Positions 30,805-40,397 of a stretch of DNA of 64,000 nt are shown piece by piece. Position numbers and translations under genes: made by a program. The stretch spans positions 88,260-152,259 of the forward strand of contig JAKQKX010000045.1 in the NCBI GenBank assembly GCA_029560465.1, given 5' to 3'. The stretch comes from Candidatus Omnitrophota bacterium. Its GTDB lineage: Bacteria; Omnitrophota; Gorgyraeia; Zapsychrales; JANLHA01. Each line of letters begins with the position of its first letter. Within the stretch, counting starts at the first letter, position 1. The notes beneath the pieces are model-generated. The model was not told the DNA's origin and searched no databases. It worked only from the letters and a program-made list of their open reading frames with translations.

Positions 30805-32556
30805 CTACACGATAGAATCCTTAAAGACAGCGCCTGTATCGGCATCCGTCACGAATTGGCAATACCGAGCCAGCCAACCGCCCTTGACTTTAAGCTGAAA
30901 TGGCTTCAATTTCTTTCTTCTCGACGCCAGCTCCTTCTGCGGGACCTTAACATTCATCTGTTTACGCTGTACGTCGATTTCAATAATATCTCCGTTGTGG
31001 ATAAGCGCAATCTCTCCGCCGGAAGCCGCCTCCGGAGAGACGTGCCCGATGCATAACCCCCGGGTTCCGCCGGAAAAACGCCCGTCCGTAATAAGCGCCG
31101 CCCGGATCCCCGCCCCTTTAATCGCGGCCGTGGGAGACAGCATCTCCTGCATTCCCGGTCCGCCCCGCGGGCCTTCATAACGGATCACGACCACATCCCC
31201 GTCCTTAACTTTTCCTTTCAGAATCCCGTCCAAGGCCTGCTCCTGCGATTCATACACTTTAGCTGGGCCGGAAAAACACAGCATATCCGGGTCAACCCCG
31301 CTGGTCTTTAAAACCGCCCCGTTCCTGGCGATATTCCCGAAGAGCACCGCCAACCCCCCTTCAGGAGAAAACGCCTTCTCAACCGGCCGGAGAATATCAC
31401 CATCCGGATCCGGGGACTTTAGCACATAATCCCCCAATGTCCCGTAAACCGTCCGGGCGGAGAGATCCAGCTCCTTGTGCCCAGCCTTGTGAAGGGCCTT
31501 CAGGATCGCGCCCATACCGCCGATACGGTCCACATCTTCTATATGCACGTCCGGGCGGGAAGGAGATATCTTAATAATATTGGCGGTCTTTTTGGACAGA
31601 GCGCTGATCCTTTTTAAAGAATACGGGATGCCCGCTTCATGCGCCAACGCGAGGGTATGCAATACAGTATTCGTGGATCCCCCCATCGCCATGTCCAGGA
31701 TAAACGCATTATCCAGGGCCTGTTTCGTAACAATATCCAGAGGGCGCAGGTTCTGATCCAAAAGCTCCAGGATCTTCCCGGCGGCCCGGCGGACCAGGTC
31801 GATCCTTTGCGGATTGAGCTCCACCGGCCCGGGTTTCCCGTTCACCCAGCGCGCTGCCGGAATGCTCCCGTTCCCGGGCAAGGCCAGCCCCAGCACTTCG
31901 CCCAGGCAATTCATGGAATTAGCCGTAAACATCCCGGAACAACTTCCACAGCTCGGGCAGGCGGTTTCGGTGAGGGCCCGCAGATCTTCCAGGCTCATTT
32001 TCCCAACGCTGTGCCTTCCGACGCCTTCAAAAATGGATATAAGGTCCGTGTTCCCGCACCCGGACAGCATGGGCCCACCGCTGACGTAAAGGGCCGGGAT
32101 ATTAATCCTCACCATAGCGTTATACATGGCCGGCACGATCTTGTCACAGTTCCCGATGCCGACCCAGGCATCAGGCGGATGAGCCCCGATGATGGTTTCG
32201 ATCTGGTCGGCAATCAGTTCCCGCGAAGGAAGCGAATATTTCATCCCGAAATGCCCCATGGCAATCCCATCACAAATCGCCCCGCCGATATTCGCATACC
32301 AGACATTAACGCCCTTGCTTTCCAGCTCCGCCTTCAAGACCGCACCCAGTTGATCCAGATGAGCGTGCCCGGGGATCTGATTAGTATACGAATTAATAAT
32401 CGTCACAAAAGGGCGGTCCAAGTCTTTGATGCTCTTCAACACGCCCTCGGCGACCATCAATGAAATACTCGGCATCATGTGAGCGCCGCTCCGGAACACG
32501 GCGCTGCCGTGTTCACGGATATCTTTTATCCCCTGATTAGCAACAGTCCTTGCCAT
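30805..32556 (-). CDS. ilvD: Dihydroxy-acid dehydratase (IlvD/EDD family)
   Basis: CDKIVPAMYNAMVRINIPALYVSGGPM and the Fe-S Cys ligands (CPSCGSCSGMFTANSMNC). The protein is 583 aa. Confidence 0.82.
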   Translation of the reverse strand: MARTVANQGIKDIREHGSAVFRSGAHMMPSISLMVAEGVLKSIKDLDRPFVTIINSYTNQIPGHAHLDQLGAVLKAELESKGVNVWYANIGGAICDGIAMGHFGMKYSLPSRELIADQIETIIGAHPPDAWVGIGNCDKIVPAMYNAMVRINIPALYVSGGPMLSGCGNTDLISIFEGVGRHSVGKMSLEDLRALTETACPSCGSCSGMFTANSMNCLGEVLGLALPGNGSIPAARWVNGKPGPVELNPQRIDLVRRAAGKILELLDQNLRPLDIVTKQALDNAFILDMAMGGSTNTVLHTLALAHEAGIPYSLKRISALSKKTANIIKISPSRPDVHIEDVDRIGGMGAILKALHKAGHKELDLSARTVYGTLGDYVLKSPDPDGDILRPVEKAFSPEGGLAVLFGNIARNGAVLKTSGVDPDMLCFSGPAKVYESQEQALDGILKGKVKDGDVVVIRYEGPRGGPGMQEMLSPTAAIKGAGIRAALITDGRFSGGTRGLCIGHVSPEAASGGEIALIHNGDIIEIDVQRKQMNVKVPQKELASRRKKLKPFQLKVKGGWLARYCQFVTDADTGAVFKDSIV

Positions 32557-32657
32557 ATAACCCTCCTTAAATAATTTAAATTATGACGTCTGTTAACAAA
32601 AACACGAAACCCTCTTTAAAGAAAGGGCAAGAGAATCTCCGCCCAAAAACCAAAAGA

Positions 32658-33842
32658 TCAAACCGAAGGCATCTGGGCCTTGAGCTGGTCAACGACCATA
32701 TTTAACTTCTGGAGGTCGTCTTCCCCGGGGACAAACTGGATATACTGGCCTTCCGCCCCCAGCGTAAAACCGGCATCCGCCACGAATTGTTCGACTTCCT
32801 TAAATCCGGCCTTGGACCAGCCATAAGAGCCGAAAATCAGCGCCAGACGGTTCTGCGGCTGAAGCCCTTTGAGGTACATTAAAAAACTGGCCACCGTGGG
32901 CAGCATGTGGTTGTTCAACATGGGCGTGCCAACAAGCATAAGCCTGGAACGCAGGACATCCGTCATGACATCGGAAATGTGGTGTTCTTGGAGATTCCTG
33001 ACAACCACCAGGTGCCCGGCCTCTTCAAACAGGGCTTTCAGACGCAAAGCCATTGTCTCTGTTGATTTCCACATGGTGTCATAAACAATCAGCACCCGGG
33101 TTGGATCCGTTTCATGAGAGGACCATCGATCATAAGAGTTCATGATGTGGTCAATCTGCGGCCTGTCCCTCCAGATCAGGCCGTGAGAAGGACAAATCAT
33201 ATCGATCGTAAAGTCTTTCAAGGCGTGAAGGGCTTTTTGAACTTGGGGCCCGTACAATAAAACAATATTGGCATAATACTTAGCCGCTTCCTCCAGAATA
33301 CGGTCCAAGGGAAGCTCGTCTACAAACCGCTCTTCCGAAGCATAATGCTGGCCAAAAGCGTCGTTCGGAAAAAGAATATGGTCCGTCACTGAATACGTCG
33401 CCATGGATTCCGGCCAGTGCACCATGGGGATCTGTATAAACATCAATTCGCGCTTACCGATCGAAAGCCGGTCCCCGGTTTTGACAACCTTGAACCGCCA
33501 GTTTTTCTTGAAGTGGCGTGTGAGAGCCTCCGCCCCTCGGGCCGGGCAAACGATCTCGGCGTCCGGGGCGAGCCGCATGATGTCGTCAATCGCGCCGGAA
33601 TGGTCCATCTCGGCATGATTGGCGACGACATACCTAATGTCGGCGGGGTTCATGATCTCCTTGATCTGCCGCAACATATCGTCCCGGCCGTAATATTTAA
33701 CCGTGTCAATCAGGGTCGGGCATTCATCATCAATCAGATAAGCGTTATATGTCGAGCCAAAAGGAGTCTTATACCCATGAAACACTTTCAAATCCCAGTC
33801 GATATAACCGGTCCAGTAAATATCCTTTGAAATCTTTAACAT
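32658..33842 (-). CDS. Flavodiiron protein (FprA / A-type flavoprotein; metallo-beta-lactamase plus flavodoxin domains)
   Basis: A di-iron beta-lactamase motif (ANHAEMDHSG) followed by a C-terminal flavodoxin-like domain. The protein is 394 aa. Confidence 0.85.
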   Translation of the reverse strand: MLKISKDIYWTGYIDWDLKVFHGYKTPFGSTYNAYLIDDECPTLIDTVKYYGRDDMLRQIKEIMNPADIRYVVANHAEMDHSGAIDDIMRLAPDAEIVCPARGAEALTRHFKKNWRFKVVKTGDRLSIGKRELMFIQIPMVHWPESMATYSVTDHILFPNDAFGQHYASEERFVDELPLDRILEEAAKYYANIVLLYGPQVQKALHALKDFTIDMICPSHGLIWRDRPQIDHIMNSYDRWSSHETDPTRVLIVYDTMWKSTETMALRLKALFEEAGHLVVVRNLQEHHISDVMTDVLRSRLMLVGTPMLNNHMLPTVASFLMYLKGLQPQNRLALIFGSYGWSKAGFKEVEQFVADAGFTLGAEGQYIQFVPGEDDLQKLNMVVDQLKAQMPSV

Positions 33843-33981
33843 CCGTGCCCTCCCGTTAAATACCTGGAATTATCATGTTAAATAAGTTGCAAAATTCTGT
33901 CAACAACTAAATCTCGGCCCCGCCTTCAAGACGAAGCCCTCCCCCGGCGGCCGGGCCCCCGGGGAACAGGAACACGCGCCC

Positions 33982-34344
33982 CTACCCAACAAAGCCTTGA
34001 ACCGTGGCCAGCAGTTGATCCGCATCAAACGGTTTTTCCAGGTAGGCATCAACGCCCATATCGATCGCGGCCTGCTTATGTTGCATGTCTCGGGACGCCG
34101 TCAGGACGACAACGGGGATGGCTTTTGTTAAGGTGGAAACCTTCAACTTTTCCAAAACATATAAACCCCCTCCGGCAGGAAGCATCATATCCAACAGGAT
34201 CAAATCCGGTTTCTCCCGATGCGTGAACTCGATGCCTTGATACCCGTCATGGCACATCACCGCCGCGTACCCGTTCTGCTTGAAAAGGTCGTTCAAAAGG
34301 CCCGCGATGTCTATATTATCTTCGATGATAAGGATTTTTTTCAT
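33982..34344 (-). CDS. Stand-alone response regulator receiver
   Basis: ILIIEDNIDIAGLL...LILLDMMLPAGGG...KPF. The protein is 120 aa. Confidence 0.85.
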   Translation of the reverse strand: MKKILIIEDNIDIAGLLNDLFKQNGYAAVMCHDGYQGIEFTHREKPDLILLDMMLPAGGGLYVLEKLKVSTLTKAIPVVVLTASRDMQHKQAAIDMGVDAYLEKPFDADQLLATVQGFVG

Positions 34345-34384
34345 ATAAAACTCTCCTTCTCTATATTTTTACACATTAAAAATT

Positions 34385-35611
34385 TTATTGTGCCTCGGGC
34401 CCGGGATGACCCTTTTTGGGGATCGTGAAAATAACGGCCGTCCCTTTTTGAAACGCGCTCTCGGCCCAAATCGAGCCTTTATGCAGGCCAATGATCTCCT
34501 TGCAAATGGATAGGCCCAACCCCGTTCCTTTAGGATGATCCCCGACGCGCGCGCCCACCTGATGAAACCGGTCAAAAACCCTGGAGAGCTCATCCTCGGG
34601 AATGCCGCAGCCGGTATCGGCCACACGGCATTCAATAAAATACGGCTCCTCCTTTAAAACAATCTTAATATCCCCTTTTTCGGTGAACTTCAATGAATTC
34701 CCGATCAAATTGGTCAGGACCTGAATTAAAAGGTTCCGGTCGGCATACACCCGCATCAGCGGGGCAGGGTATTCGAGGTTCAAATCCAGTCCTTTCTCCA
34801 CGGCCAAACTGTAAAAAGAAGAATGCGCTTCCCTGGCCAGCTCGACCATATTCACCTCTGTCAGGTCCAGGTGAACCTGCTTCGCTTCCAATTTGGCGAA
34901 ATCCAACAAATCGTCAATCATCAGGTTCAAACGTTCCGCATTCCTCAGGGCCATCAGCAACTTTTTCCGCTGCTCTTCCGTAACAAGGCCGTAGATCCCG
35001 GAAATCACCTGGCTGACCGCGCCCTTAATAATTGTTAACGGGGTCCTTAATTCATGAGAAACGTTCGCGATAAAATTCGACTTCAGCTGATCCAGGGCTT
35101 TCAGTTCTTTATTCTTCCGTTCGAGTTCCATCGACAACATTTTTATGGCGTCCCGGGCCTTTCCAGGCCCCCAATCTCCGGAGGACGCGTCTCCGGGCAT
35201 AGACCCCGCCGCCGTGGAAACATCCGCCCCATCTGCCGGGCTCGGGAAGACACGGGACACGGCCTCAAGCAGAGACCGGCCGTCCGCCGTTTTAACACAA
35301 TATTCATCCGCGCCCGCGTCGCGGGCTTTCTCCGGCTCAACCGCCGCCACGTGCCCGGTCATCATGATGACTCTGACCCCGGAGGCCATCTCCGCCTTAA
35401 TCCGGCGACAGATCTCAAACCCGTCCATGTCGGGCAACACCGTGTCCAGCAGGACCAAATCCGGCCTCGCATCGCAGGCCTTCCGAATCCCTTCCTGTCC
35501 GGAAGACGCCAGAGTGATGTCATCCACCCCCCGGCTCCTCAAAAAACGCTGGATAATCTTTTGATCCTGCTCATTATCTTCAATCACCAGAATCTTCATT
35601 TTCAGGCCCAA
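34385..35611 (-). CDS. Receiver-histidine kinase fusion (N-terminal REC, then HisKA-HATPase)
   Basis: REC: ILVIEDNEQD...LVLLDTVLPDMDG. H-box: VSHELRTPLTII. HATPase: DTGCGIP, GLGLSICK. Confidence 0.85.
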   Translation of the reverse strand: MGLKMKILVIEDNEQDQKIIQRFLRSRGVDDITLASSGQEGIRKACDARPDLVLLDTVLPDMDGFEICRRIKAEMASGVRVIMMTGHVAAVEPEKARDAGADEYCVKTADGRSLLEAVSRVFPSPADGADVSTAAGSMPGDASSGDWGPGKARDAIKMLSMELERKNKELKALDQLKSNFIANVSHELRTPLTIIKGAVSQVISGIYGLVTEEQRKKLLMALRNAERLNLMIDDLLDFAKLEAKQVHLDLTEVNMVELAREAHSSFYSLAVEKGLDLNLEYPAPLMRVYADRNLLIQVLTNLIGNSLKFTEKGDIKIVLKEEPYFIECRVADTGCGIPEDELSRVFDRFHQVGARVGDHPKGTGLGLSICKEIIGLHKGSIWAESAFQKGTAVIFTIPKKGHPGPEAQ

Positions 35612-35617
35612 TTCCTG

Positions 35618-36058
35618 TCAAGCGTCCGGCAGTTGGTTTATATTCTGCCAATAATGGTTAAATTGATCCACGACCTTTAGGAACTCTTCATAATCAACCG
35701 GTTTCTGGATGAAACCATTGGCCCCGTATTGATAACTTTTGACAACATCCCCCTCGTTGCGCGAGGCGCTGAACATCACAATGGGGATCGCCCGGGTCGC
35801 GTCATCCCCTTTCAGAACCCGGAGCACCTCAAATCCGTCGCAACGCGGCATATTGATATCCAACAGGATCACCTGCGGCCGGCGAAATTGCCGACCGTCC
35901 TGATAAGCCCCCTCGTGCCGGACAAAGTCCAGGCACTCCTGCCCATCGCTGACAACCGTGATCTCCGTGTTCGGGGAGGCTTGCCGAAAAGCGCGCAGCG
36001 TTATCTTGACGTCCGATTCATGATCTTCCACTAAAAGTATCCGCAGACCCATTATCAA
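35618..36058 (-). CDS. Stand-alone response regulator receiver
   Basis: ILLVEDHESD...VILLDINMPRCDG...KPV. The protein is 146 aa. Confidence 0.85.
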   Translation of the reverse strand: MIMGLRILLVEDHESDVKITLRAFRQASPNTEITVVSDGQECLDFVRHEGAYQDGRQFRRPQVILLDINMPRCDGFEVLRVLKGDDATRAIPIVMFSASRNEGDVVKSYQYGANGFIQKPVDYEEFLKVVDQFNHYWQNINQLPDA

Positions 36059-36085
36059 CTCCTTCGCTGAATAGACCCAGCCCGG

Positions 36086-38029
36086 TCAGGCGTCCTGCCC
36101 CGGGTCGCGCGCGGACAGAGGGGATTCCACGTCCCCCACTTTAAGGTCCGCCGGGATATTAATAAAAAACGCCGCTCCTTCTCCAGCCCGGGACTCGACC
36201 CAAACCCGGCCGCCGTGATCCTCAACAATCCGCTTAATAATCGACAGCCCCGCCCCCGTTCCTTCATACTCCTTATCCGTGTGCAGGCGCTTAAACATCC
36301 CGAAAATCTGTTCATGATACTTCGAGTCAATGCCGATGCCATTGTCTTTCACGAAAAAGCAGTGATAGATCCCCTCTTTCCTGTACCCGATGTCCACCCG
36401 CGGGGGTTCCCCTGTCTTTTTGGACGAAAACTTAATGGCATTATTAATTAAATTCTGGAACACTTCGGTCATCTTAATCCGGTCGCAACACACCGTCGGG
36501 AGTTCCGAGGCGATCCGAATTGTCACATTATATTTCTGGACATCATATTTCAGCCGATCCAAAACCGCGTCCACGAGCTTTTGCATGTCCGTCAGCTCAT
36601 ACGGGTTCTTAATCCGGGAAAGCCTGGACAACAAAAGCAGGTCCTCGATCAGCGTGTTCATCTTAGCCGCACCTTTCTTGATCTCGTCGATGTATTCCTT
36701 CCCCTGCTCATCCACCCGGTCCCTGTAATCCTCTTCCAAGAACGCCGCGAACGACGCGATTCCCCGTAAGGGAGCCCGCAGGTCATGGCTGGCGGTATAA
36801 ACAAACCGGTCCAGCTCCTCATTGACCTCCCGGAGCTCTTTCTTCTGCGAGGCCAAGATAGCCAGATGCTTGAACAGTGTCTTATTCTTTTCTTCCAGTT
36901 CCGCCTTGACCTCGGCAAGCCTCTTAGTCATAAAATTAAAATTTGTGGACAACTGGCCGATTTCATCCCGGCTCGTGACCGGCAATTTGACGTCATACTG
37001 CCCACGGGACACTTTTTGCGATGCCGCGTTCAAGGCCAGGATCGGCTGGGTAAGAATCCGGCTGGCCCAAAGCGCCAGCAGCCCCGTCACCAGCAGCATC
37101 AGAAGTCCGGTCAACAGCAGCCGTTGACGAAATTCCTGGATCGACGCGAAGGCTTCTTTGACATCCACTTCGGCCATAAGGCACCAGTTCTGGTCCGGCA
37201 AATATTTCTGAACGCCCAGCACGTCCACCTTGCGATAGTTAGTATATATCAACGGGGCCTCCCGCCGCTGAAAACACGCCTGCGCCCCTTCGGTCATAAC
37301 CCGCACATTCAAAATAGAATTTTTCTTAAAACGGGAATTCGTGATCATGCGGTACTGCTTATCCACGACATACGTTTCCCCGGATTGGCCCAACCCTTCC
37401 CGGGCGCTGGTGATCTCATCCAGGACGCCCGCTTCAATCATCAGAGATATGGCACCGACAATATTCCCCGACTGCCCGTTCCGGATCTCCTCAAGCAGAA
37501 TAAGCATGTTTTCCCCGGTTAAGGGGTCTTTTTCCAAACCAGCGAAATAGGTTCCGTACTCATAAACATTCTGGATGTACTCTATCGGCATTTTCCGCCC
37601 GATCAAGTCCCGGTTCGTGCATGCGATAATATTGCCGTGCACGTCCCAGACCCCGATTGTTTGTATATCGGTCTTCTGGTCTATGTCCTGATAACGTCCG
37701 GACGGCGTCAACTTCAGGAAAAAGAAGATAGAGTTTATATCATCCTGAATGCCCTGAATAAGGGCCGGATCATTGAATCCCGATTCTTTCATCTGGCGGG
37801 GAAGAAAGGCGCCAGCAAACTCTTTCGCCTGTTCCTGCCTTAACTTGATGGAATGATTAATGTGCGCGGCGCGGGAATCGGTAACCGCCTGGAGGGCCGC
37901 GATCGTTTTCCGTTCCAACTCGGACTTTGTTAAATGATAATAAGTGATTCCGATAATAAGGATAGGGAATAAAGCAATGACGAACAAAATCAAAACGACT
38001 TTATGGACAAGTTTCAGTTTACCCAACAT
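36086..38029 (-). CDS. Cache-domain sensor histidine kinase (TM - periplasmic Cache - TM - HAMP - HisKA - HATPase)
   Basis: An N-terminal TM helix, a ~280-aa extracytoplasmic domain, a second TM helix (LLTGLLMLLVTGLLALW), H-box YTASHDLRAPLRGI, and HATPase motifs DNGIGI and GAGLSIIK. Confidence 0.85.
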   Translation of the reverse strand: MLGKLKLVHKVVLILFVIALFPILIIGITYYHLTKSELERKTIAALQAVTDSRAAHINHSIKLRQEQAKEFAGAFLPRQMKESGFNDPALIQGIQDDINSIFFFLKLTPSGRYQDIDQKTDIQTIGVWDVHGNIIACTNRDLIGRKMPIEYIQNVYEYGTYFAGLEKDPLTGENMLILLEEIRNGQSGNIVGAISLMIEAGVLDEITSAREGLGQSGETYVVDKQYRMITNSRFKKNSILNVRVMTEGAQACFQRREAPLIYTNYRKVDVLGVQKYLPDQNWCLMAEVDVKEAFASIQEFRQRLLLTGLLMLLVTGLLALWASRILTQPILALNAASQKVSRGQYDVKLPVTSRDEIGQLSTNFNFMTKRLAEVKAELEEKNKTLFKHLAILASQKKELREVNEELDRFVYTASHDLRAPLRGIASFAAFLEEDYRDRVDEQGKEYIDEIKKGAAKMNTLIEDLLLLSRLSRIKNPYELTDMQKLVDAVLDRLKYDVQKYNVTIRIASELPTVCCDRIKMTEVFQNLINNAIKFSSKKTGEPPRVDIGYRKEGIYHCFFVKDNGIGIDSKYHEQIFGMFKRLHTDKEYEGTGAGLSIIKRIVEDHGGRVWVESRAGEGAAFFINIPADLKVGDVESPLSARDPGQDA

Positions 38030-38132
38030 GATTTTCTAAAATTCTTTAAAACAAACGGGAATCGCGGCCATGTGAAATTGTTATTAGTTTACGGCAAAAC
38101 CACCCACAAAGACATAGAAATTTAAAATCTTT

Positions 38133-38175
38133 TAAAAAAGAAAGACAATCTTTGGCGGATTGTCTTTGATGTTTA
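38133..38175 (-). terminator. Rho-independent (bidirectional-looking) terminator between the REC gene and the Cache-HK gene
   Basis: AAGACAATC-TTTGGCGG-GATTGTCTT, flanked by AAAAAAG upstream and TGATGTTT downstream. Confidence 0.55.
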
Positions 38176-38215
38176 TTTTAAAAGCCACGGCCAAGCTCTT
38201 GCCGCGGCCCCGATG

Positions 38216-38578
38216 TCAAGGATATTGCAACCTCTGAATGGTCTCATGAATGTTCCTGAACTCCACAGTCTTCTCCAAGAGTTCATCCGCGCCCGACTTC
38301 CGGGCCTTCGCCGCGTCCACGGCTTCCAGATGCCCGGTGATAACAATAATCTTACTGTTTAGCCCCTTGATGGATTTAATCTCCCGGCAAACATCAAAAC
38401 CGTCCGCGCGGATTAACACGCAATCAACAATCACGATATCCGGCAAGAAAGTCCGGGCCAGCGCCACGCCCTCCGCTTCTGTGCCGGCAGACATAATCTC
38501 CCGGTACCCGGCCTTATGCAGGGCCACGGTCATGCCCTTGCGGTCCTGGTCATTATCATCAATAATCAGCAACTTCAC
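38216..38578 (-). CDS. Stand-alone response regulator receiver
   Basis: LLIIDDNDQD...IVIVDCVLIRADG. The protein is 120 aa. Confidence 0.85.
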   Translation of the reverse strand: MKLLIIDDNDQDRKGMTVALHKAGYREIMSAGTEAEGVALARTFLPDIVIVDCVLIRADGFDVCREIKSIKGLNSKIIVITGHLEAVDAAKARKSGADELLEKTVEFRNIHETIQRLQYP

Positions 38579-38599
38579 GTCTCTCGTGCCCCCGTCTCC

Positions 38600-39826
38600 T
38601 TATTGATCAACAAGGAGATTCCCATCCTGGTCATATTTCATAACCCGGTATGGGTTGCCCTGTCGATAAAATTCTTCCTGTTTCACGACTCCGTTCTCAT
38701 AATAAATCTTCACTTTCCCTTCCAGGCGTCCTTCTAAGTATTCCCCTTCTTCCTGCACTTTTCCGCTTTCGAAATATTTTTTATAAGGCCCTTCCGGAAG
38801 ATTAAATTCAATCCTCCCCTCAAATTCAAGCCGTCCGCTTGGATAATACCGTTTATTGACTCCTTTTTCATCTCCGTAATAAAATTCCGATTCACTCGCG
38901 CAAGACCCGTCCGGACGGAATTGCTTCATCGGGCCATGCAATTTCCCCATGGAAAACCCCCCTTCAGACTTGAGTGTCCCGTCTTTGTAATATTCCTTAT
39001 AAGGGCCCTCCTGCGCATTGCGGCTCATATTGATGACCCGCTGTATTTTCCCGTTCTCATAATACATTTTAAATTCGCCCTCGCGCATGTTGTCCTTATA
39101 TTGCCCTTCGGCCTGCAGGTTCCCATTCGAATAATAATTCCGGGTCACCCCTTCCTGGCTACCGTTATTATAATATTTCTCGCTCTCCAGTTGGCCGTCA
39201 TCATAATACGTTTTAAACGCGCCATGCTGCTTCTTATGCAAATAATTCTCTTCAGTTAAAGGGAAGCCCTCCCGGTTGTATTTCTTCCGGGTGATCAATT
39301 CCCCTTCATTATAAGCCCGCTCTTCTTTGATTTCCCCGTCTTCATAAAACTCTCGCGTAAGCCCATGCAAAAGGTTATTATGATAATTCTCTTCCAGTTC
39401 CAAGACCCCGTTCATCCGGTAACGCTTAAAAGGCCCTTCGAGGTTGTTATCCAAGTAATATTCTTCCTCCTGGAGATTTCCGTTTTTATAATACTCGCGC
39501 CGGACCCCGTTCTTCTTGCCTTCCGCATATTCTTCTTCAATCCATATGGAGCCATTTCGAAAATATTTTCTATAAGGGCCGTGCAGCCGTCCTTCTTTAT
39601 AAGATTTTTCAAAAGAAATGTTCCCGTTCGCGTAATAATCCCGGCTGATACCCGTATTCGCAGGCCCCGTATCCGGTTCCGGCGCTTTCTTGTCGTCGCC
39701 CTTCAGTTTCCCGCCAGAAAACACCTGAATGGCCGCCTCCTGGGCCTGAGTTAGGCACGGCAGGGCTCCCAAGGATGCCATTATAAAACCGCATAAAAAA
39801 AGGAGGATTAAACATCTTTTCACCAC
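38600..39826 (-). CDS. Secreted MORN-variant (YwqK-type) repeat protein
   Basis: A signal peptide (LILLFLCGFIMASLGALPCLTQA). It is followed by about 14 tandem ~23-aa repeats of the form YYxNGxLxxEgxYxxGxxxGxxxxY. Confidence 0.7.
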   Translation of the reverse strand: MVKRCLILLFLCGFIMASLGALPCLTQAQEAAIQVFSGGKLKGDDKKAPEPDTGPANTGISRDYYANGNISFEKSYKEGRLHGPYRKYFRNGSIWIEEEYAEGKKNGVRREYYKNGNLQEEEYYLDNNLEGPFKRYRMNGVLELEENYHNNLLHGLTREFYEDGEIKEERAYNEGELITRKKYNREGFPLTEENYLHKKQHGAFKTYYDDGQLESEKYYNNGSQEGVTRNYYSNGNLQAEGQYKDNMREGEFKMYYENGKIQRVINMSRNAQEGPYKEYYKDGTLKSEGGFSMGKLHGPMKQFRPDGSCASESEFYYGDEKGVNKRYYPSGRLEFEGRIEFNLPEGPYKKYFESGKVQEEGEYLEGRLEGKVKIYYENGVVKQEEFYRQGNPYRVMKYDQDGNLLVDQ

Positions 39827-39964
39827 GACAGCACCTCTTTCTTAATATAATTTTTTCTACAATTATAGCACCTTTCCAGCCAAGAAGAAACGCTCTAGCC
39901 ACTCCCCGACTTTTTCTTAAAATCTTTACTCCCCCCTGGCCTGGAGGCCGGGGGTCCCCCCGAA

Positions 39965-40396
39965 TTAAATATCCAAAACCACCAACGCTTCCCATCCCTG
40001 CGCGTTTGGCGTCACCCGGAATAGATGCATCGTAACCGCTTTAATATCAACGATTAAATGATGCCTTCGCGGTTCAATGCCTTCCCCCCGCAGCACGGAC
40101 TTCAGGTCATATCCTCCGGGACACGTTTGAATCATAATGGCGTCCGGGACTAAAAGCAATTGCTCTGCGTCTTTATAATAAATAATTTCTTGCAGAAAAT
40201 TAAATAATAACGATTCGACGTCGTCCGCTTGGAACCCCACCGTTCTTTGACAACGAGGTTGAATGGATTTCAGGTTATCAACCATCACCAGGACGGTCGC
40301 TTCCGCCGCACTTTGAAACAAAGTTTCCAGCGATGGCCCCTGGGCCAAAAACGCAATATCAGCGGTCGCGATATCGTCCAAATACCGGAAAGACAT
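39965..40396 (-). CDS. Archease (RtcB activator). The start is taken at the internal Met MSFRYLDD.
   Basis: MSFRYLDDIATADIAFLAQGPSLETLFQSAAEATV matches the archease N-terminal consensus (..EHTADIG.....L.ELF..AA.A). The gene lies immediately downstream of RtcB and overlaps its stop. Confidence 0.72.
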   Translation of the reverse strand: MSFRYLDDIATADIAFLAQGPSLETLFQSAAEATVLVMVDNLKSIQPRCQRTVGFQADDVESLLFNFLQEIIYYKDAEQLLLVPDAIMIQTCPGGYDLKSVLRGEGIEPRRHHLIVDIKAVTMHLFRVTPNAQGWEALVVLDI

Positions 40397-40397
40397 G

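Noticed and set aside
36785-37522. 245-aa plus-strand ORF
   Set aside because: It is antisense within the Cache histidine kinase gene. It is Q/R/P-rich and low-complexity.
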